Made by a program: the position numbers and the translations under genes. DNA of 64,000 nt from Scenedesmus sp. PABB004 (taxonomy: Eukaryota): NCBI GenBank assembly GCA_014905635.1, contig CM026548.1, positions 558,001 through 622,000 on the forward strand, read 5' to 3'. Position 1 is the first letter of the stretch. Each line of letters opens with the position of its first letter. Below the pieces are notes generated by a model that worked only from the letters and a program-made list of their open reading frames with translations, was not told the origin of the DNA and ran no database searches. Of this stretch, positions 60,549-64,000 are shown piece by piece.

Positions 60549-60838
60549 GGCCGCTCCCGGCGCCCGGAGCGAGCGCGGGCGCGGCCAGCTACGCAACGAT
60601 GCCCGGCTCCTGGGGCGGTGTGTGGCGTGCGGCGCCTGCGCGGGCGCGCGTTGAGACGCTGAGACGCAGTGAGAAGCAGGAGGGCGGACCGCGACGAAGA
60701 AGGGGGGCGAGCGCGCTGAGCCCCGGCGGTTGGCGGCGGCGGACCGCGCACCTCGTCCTCGGCTGGGCGGCAGCTCAGGGGCTCGCCGCCGCACCGCCAG
60801 CGTCACCAGGGTGCCGCGCCGCCGTGAGATCACACGCC

Positions 60839-60843
60839 TTACA
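60839..60843 (-). promoter_or_regulatory. TGTAA polyadenylation signal of the TPT-family gene
   Basis: TTACA on the plus strand about 125 nt downstream of the stop at 60968. Confidence 0.6.
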
Positions 60844-60967
60844 TTACCAGCAGGCCCACGGGGCGCCGCGCAGCGTGTCGCAGCTGCGGCGGCGCAATAG
60901 AATAGATGAAACCGCGCACCGCGCCTCCCGCAGGGGTGAGCCTGGGCTCAGGTGTGTGACCCTGGGC

Positions 60968-62775
60968 TCACACCTGGGCCGCCCTGGGCGACCCCCCTGC
61001 TGGGCGCGCCAGGAGCGCGTCGCGCTCGCCGGCGCCGCTCGGCCCGCCCTCGCCGCCGCCGCCGCCCGCGCCGCGGTCCGACGCCGCGGCCGCCTTGGCC
61101 GCGGCCGCCTGCGCGGCCAGCTTCTGGTAGTTGTACGTGAACGCCCCGCCCAGCGCGACGGCGTAGCCCAGCAGCTGCAGCTCGGTCACCACCGACCTGG
61201 GCCACCGCGGCGGCGGCGGCGTGAGCGGCGCCGGCGGCGTGAGCGCGCGCGCGCCCGCCGCCCGGCCGTGAGACTCGGCGGCGCGCGCCGAGGGCTCGCC
61301 CCGCGCAGCTCCGCCCCGAGCTCGCCGAGCTCGCCGGGCCACCACCACCAGCTGGCGCACCCGTAGAGCACCATGCTGAGGTATATGAGCAGCACGTCCT
61401 TGGCCACGCCCGCGAGGTTCATCGTGAGCGCGCTCGTGCGGCCGATGAGCATGAAGATCGCGCAGTTGAGCGCGAGCGCGCTGCCCGCGCTCGCGAGCAG
61501 GAGGCCCGGCCCGACGCGCCACGCGCGCGCCGCGTGGTGCGCGGCGAGGCGGCGCGCCTCGAGCGCGGCGAACGGCAGCAGCAGGCAGGCGAGGCAGACG
61601 GGGCAGACGTGGAACATCGTGGTGATGGGGTTGAGCTTGATGCCCCGCGCCTGCAGCAGCAGCTGCACGAGCGTCAGCCGCACCGCCTCGGCCGCCATGC
61701 TGCCGCACTGCAGCGCGAGGCCGGCGAGCGACAGCACGACCTCGCCTGCGGCGGCGCGGCGGCGCGGCGCGCGGCGTGCGGCGTGGTGCGCTGCGCCAGG
61801 GAGCGCCGCGCGCGCGGCGCCACCGCCGCCGGCGCGCGGTCGCGCCGCACCGAACGACGCGGCCATCACGCCCGCGACGACGACCGCCAGCACGCACCCC
61901 GTGCGCGCGCTCCAGCGCTCCGTGCCCAGCACGGTGCCGACGGCGTAGACCAGCAGCGGCATCATCGCCTGCGCGCCGCCGCAGCGGCGGCGGCGGCGGC
62001 GGCGCGGAGGCTCGGCGGCCGCCCCACGGCAGCCCCGCAGCAGCGCTGGGGGGGGTGGGGCTGAGCCTGCGCTGGGGGCTTGAGCCTGCGCTGGGGGCTG
62101 AGCCCCTGGGGCTCTCTCTAAACCCTGCCGCGCGCCTTGAGCATCTGTATGAAGGAGACTGAGAGGTGGACGTACGCGGCGTTGCCGAGCCACAGCACGC
62201 ACGCAAAGAGCGCCCCGATCGGCACGACGCACCTGCGGCGGTGCCAGCGGCGGCGCCGGCGGCGGTGGGCCCGCGAACGCGCGGGCCCCCCGGCGCGGGC
62301 CCCCGTGCTGCGTGCCCCCAGGTGGGCCGCACCGCAGGTAGGTCTCGCTGGGCATGTCCGGCGCGTCGACGACGCCGCCGCGCACGAGCGCCGCGCTCGC
62401 CGCCCAGCAGAAGGCCATGTGCAGCCCCGTGAGCGTGAGCGGGAAGGGGAAGCCGCCGAGGCGGGGGTCCAGGATGTACTTGTTCAACCTGGGGGAGTGG
62501 AGCCGCCCCGGGCGACGCGGGCAAAGGGCGCGCGTCGGTTGCGTGCGTGCGGGCGGCCGGCGCGGCGCGGCGACAGGGAGCCAGCGCGCGCGGCGCCCAC
62601 ATGATCACGCCCGCGCTGAGCACGATCCAGAGCGCCATACAGCTGCGGCGGCGCGCGCGGCGCGCGGGTGGGCGGCGGCAGCGGCGAACAGCGGCGAGCG
62701 CCGCGCGGCCCCGCGCGCCGCGCACCCGTAGGCGGCCCCCACCGCCCGCGGCGCGGCGCCGGGGTCGCCCGCCAT
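60968..62775 (-). CDS. TPT-family nucleotide-sugar/sugar-phosphate translocator
   Basis: [17 protein letters not shown]...[57 protein letters not shown] and [14 protein letters not shown]. Confidence 0.93.
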
Positions 62776-63341
62776 CGCTGCCAGGCCTCAAGCAGCAGCA
62801 GCGGCGCTCGGCGCTGGGCGTCAAGCAGCGGCGTCGCGCCGCCGCGGCAGCAGCACGGTGGCCGCCGCTGCTGCCCGGGTTGCCCCCGAGCTCTCTGGCT
62901 AGTCTCTGCGGGCCCCTCGCGTTCGCGCACGCCTGCTTGGACCCCTGAACCGCGGCTCGAAGAAACTTTTGCTCGGCGCGCGATCGCGGCCCGCCCTTTT
63001 TCCCGGACGCCCCGTCCGTATCGGTGAGCGCGCGGCGCTGCCCGCCGCGGCCATGCGCCGCCCCGCGCGCGCGGGCGCGGGCCATCGCCCCTCGCGGCCG
63101 CCGTCCGCGGGCGGGCCCGGGCGCCCCCGGCACCGCCTCCACCGGGAGCGTCCCGGGACCGCGGCCCACGGGCGCGCGGCGGGGCGCGGCGGGCGGCCGC
63201 CGCGGCGCGGCCGCAGCGCCGGCCGGCCGGCGGCTGCAGCGCTCCACGGCCGCCGCCGCCGCCGGCCGCCGGCACGCCGCAGGCCCACACCGGGAGTCGA
63301 GTTGGCCTCGAGCCGACGCGAAAGACTCCTACCCAGTCAGG

Positions 63342-64000
63342 ATGCTCATCCCCAAGAAGAACCGGCGGGAGGTGTACAAGTACCTCTTCAAGGGTGCGCG
63401 CGGCGCTGCACAGGCCGCGCGACCGGCTGCGCAGGCCGCGCGGCAGGGGCCGTGCCAGCGGCGGCACGGCAGCGGCGAGGCAGCGGCAGGGCGGGGCAGA
63501 GCGGGCGGCGGCGGCGGGGCCCCCTCGCGCCGCGGCACGAGAGCGGCCCGCTCCAGCAGCGCCGGGCCGCGCCGCCGCCTCACGCGACCCGCCTGCGCCC
63601 CGGTCCCCGCGGTCCCCGCGCAGAGGGCGTGCTCCAGGCTGAGAAGGACTTCAACCTGGAGAAGCACCCCGAGGTCGAGGTGCCCAACCTGCATGTCATC
63701 AAGCTCATGCAGTCCTTCAAGAGCAGGGAGCTCGTCACCGAGCGCTTCGCCTGGAGGCACTACTACTGGTGCGGCCGCTGCCGCCGCGGCAGCAGCCGCC
63801 GCGCGGGCGCGCGGGCGGGGAGGGGCGGGGAGGGCGAGGGCGTGCCCGCGGCGGCGGCGAGGCCGGCCGCGCGGCCGCCCCGCCCCGCCGCCCTCGTCGC
63901 CGCCGCCGCGGCCTCGTCTGCGCCGCCGCCGCCGCGACGAGCTCACGCGCCCGCCGCGCCGCCCGCCCGCCCCGCCGCCGCACTCAACACTCCAGGTTCC
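63342..64000 (+). CDS. RPS10: 40S ribosomal protein S10 (eS10), 3'-truncated by the window end
   Basis: Exons 63342-63393, 63624-63768 and 63997 onward give [67 protein letters not shown]. Confidence 0.97.
   Translation, partial: MLIPKKNRREVYKYLFKGARGAAQAARPAAQAARQGPCQRRHGSGEAAAGRGRAGGGGGAPSRRGTRAARSSSAGPRRRLTRPACAPVPAVPAQRACSRLRRTSTWRSTPRSRCPTCMSSSSCSPSRAGSSSPSASPGGTTTGAAAAAAAAAAARARGRGGAGRARACPRRRRGRPRGRPAPPPSSPPPRPRLRRRRRDELTRPPRRPPAPPPHSTLQV

Overview
This is nuclear DNA of a eukaryote with extremely high GC content and many short introns, most likely a chlorophycean green alga (Sphaeropleales/Selenastraceae-like). That assignment is inferred from gene content, chloroplast-type genes, intron style and TGTAA poly(A) signals. 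Most of the supplied ORF track is GC-driven shadow ORFs, so I rebuilt the real genes by hand across introns and exon boundaries are approximate. About 18 protein-coding loci can be supported, in order: a 5'-truncated EsV-1-7-repeat/Gln-rich protein with an in-frame TAA, a receiver-domain response regulator lacking a Myb/GARP domain, an EGF+exostosin (GT47) glycosyltransferase, a ~68-aa single-TM protein, a tandem CCCH zinc-finger protein, a SulP/SULTR sulfate transporter, TOUGH/GPATCH1, a spinster-like MFS transporter, an Atp1/CGL160-like protein, a coiled-coil protein, a Cys-rich surface protein, adjacent organellar TrpRS and LeuRS, a 4-TM protein, a secreted protein with two Ly6/uPAR three-finger-like domains, a PAQR, a TPT-family transporter and the 5' part of RPS10. 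Four signals stand out: (i) the tandem three-finger-like secreted protein, (ii) at least 14 GC-AG introns that all have the donor AG|GCGCG, (iii) a compact pseudoknot-like set of perfect stems at 7635-7742 covering the TGTAA signal of gene 1, and (iv) a triplicated exon-end plus splice donor inside a LeuRS intron. I saw no rRNA, tRNA, CRISPR array or recognisable transposase.
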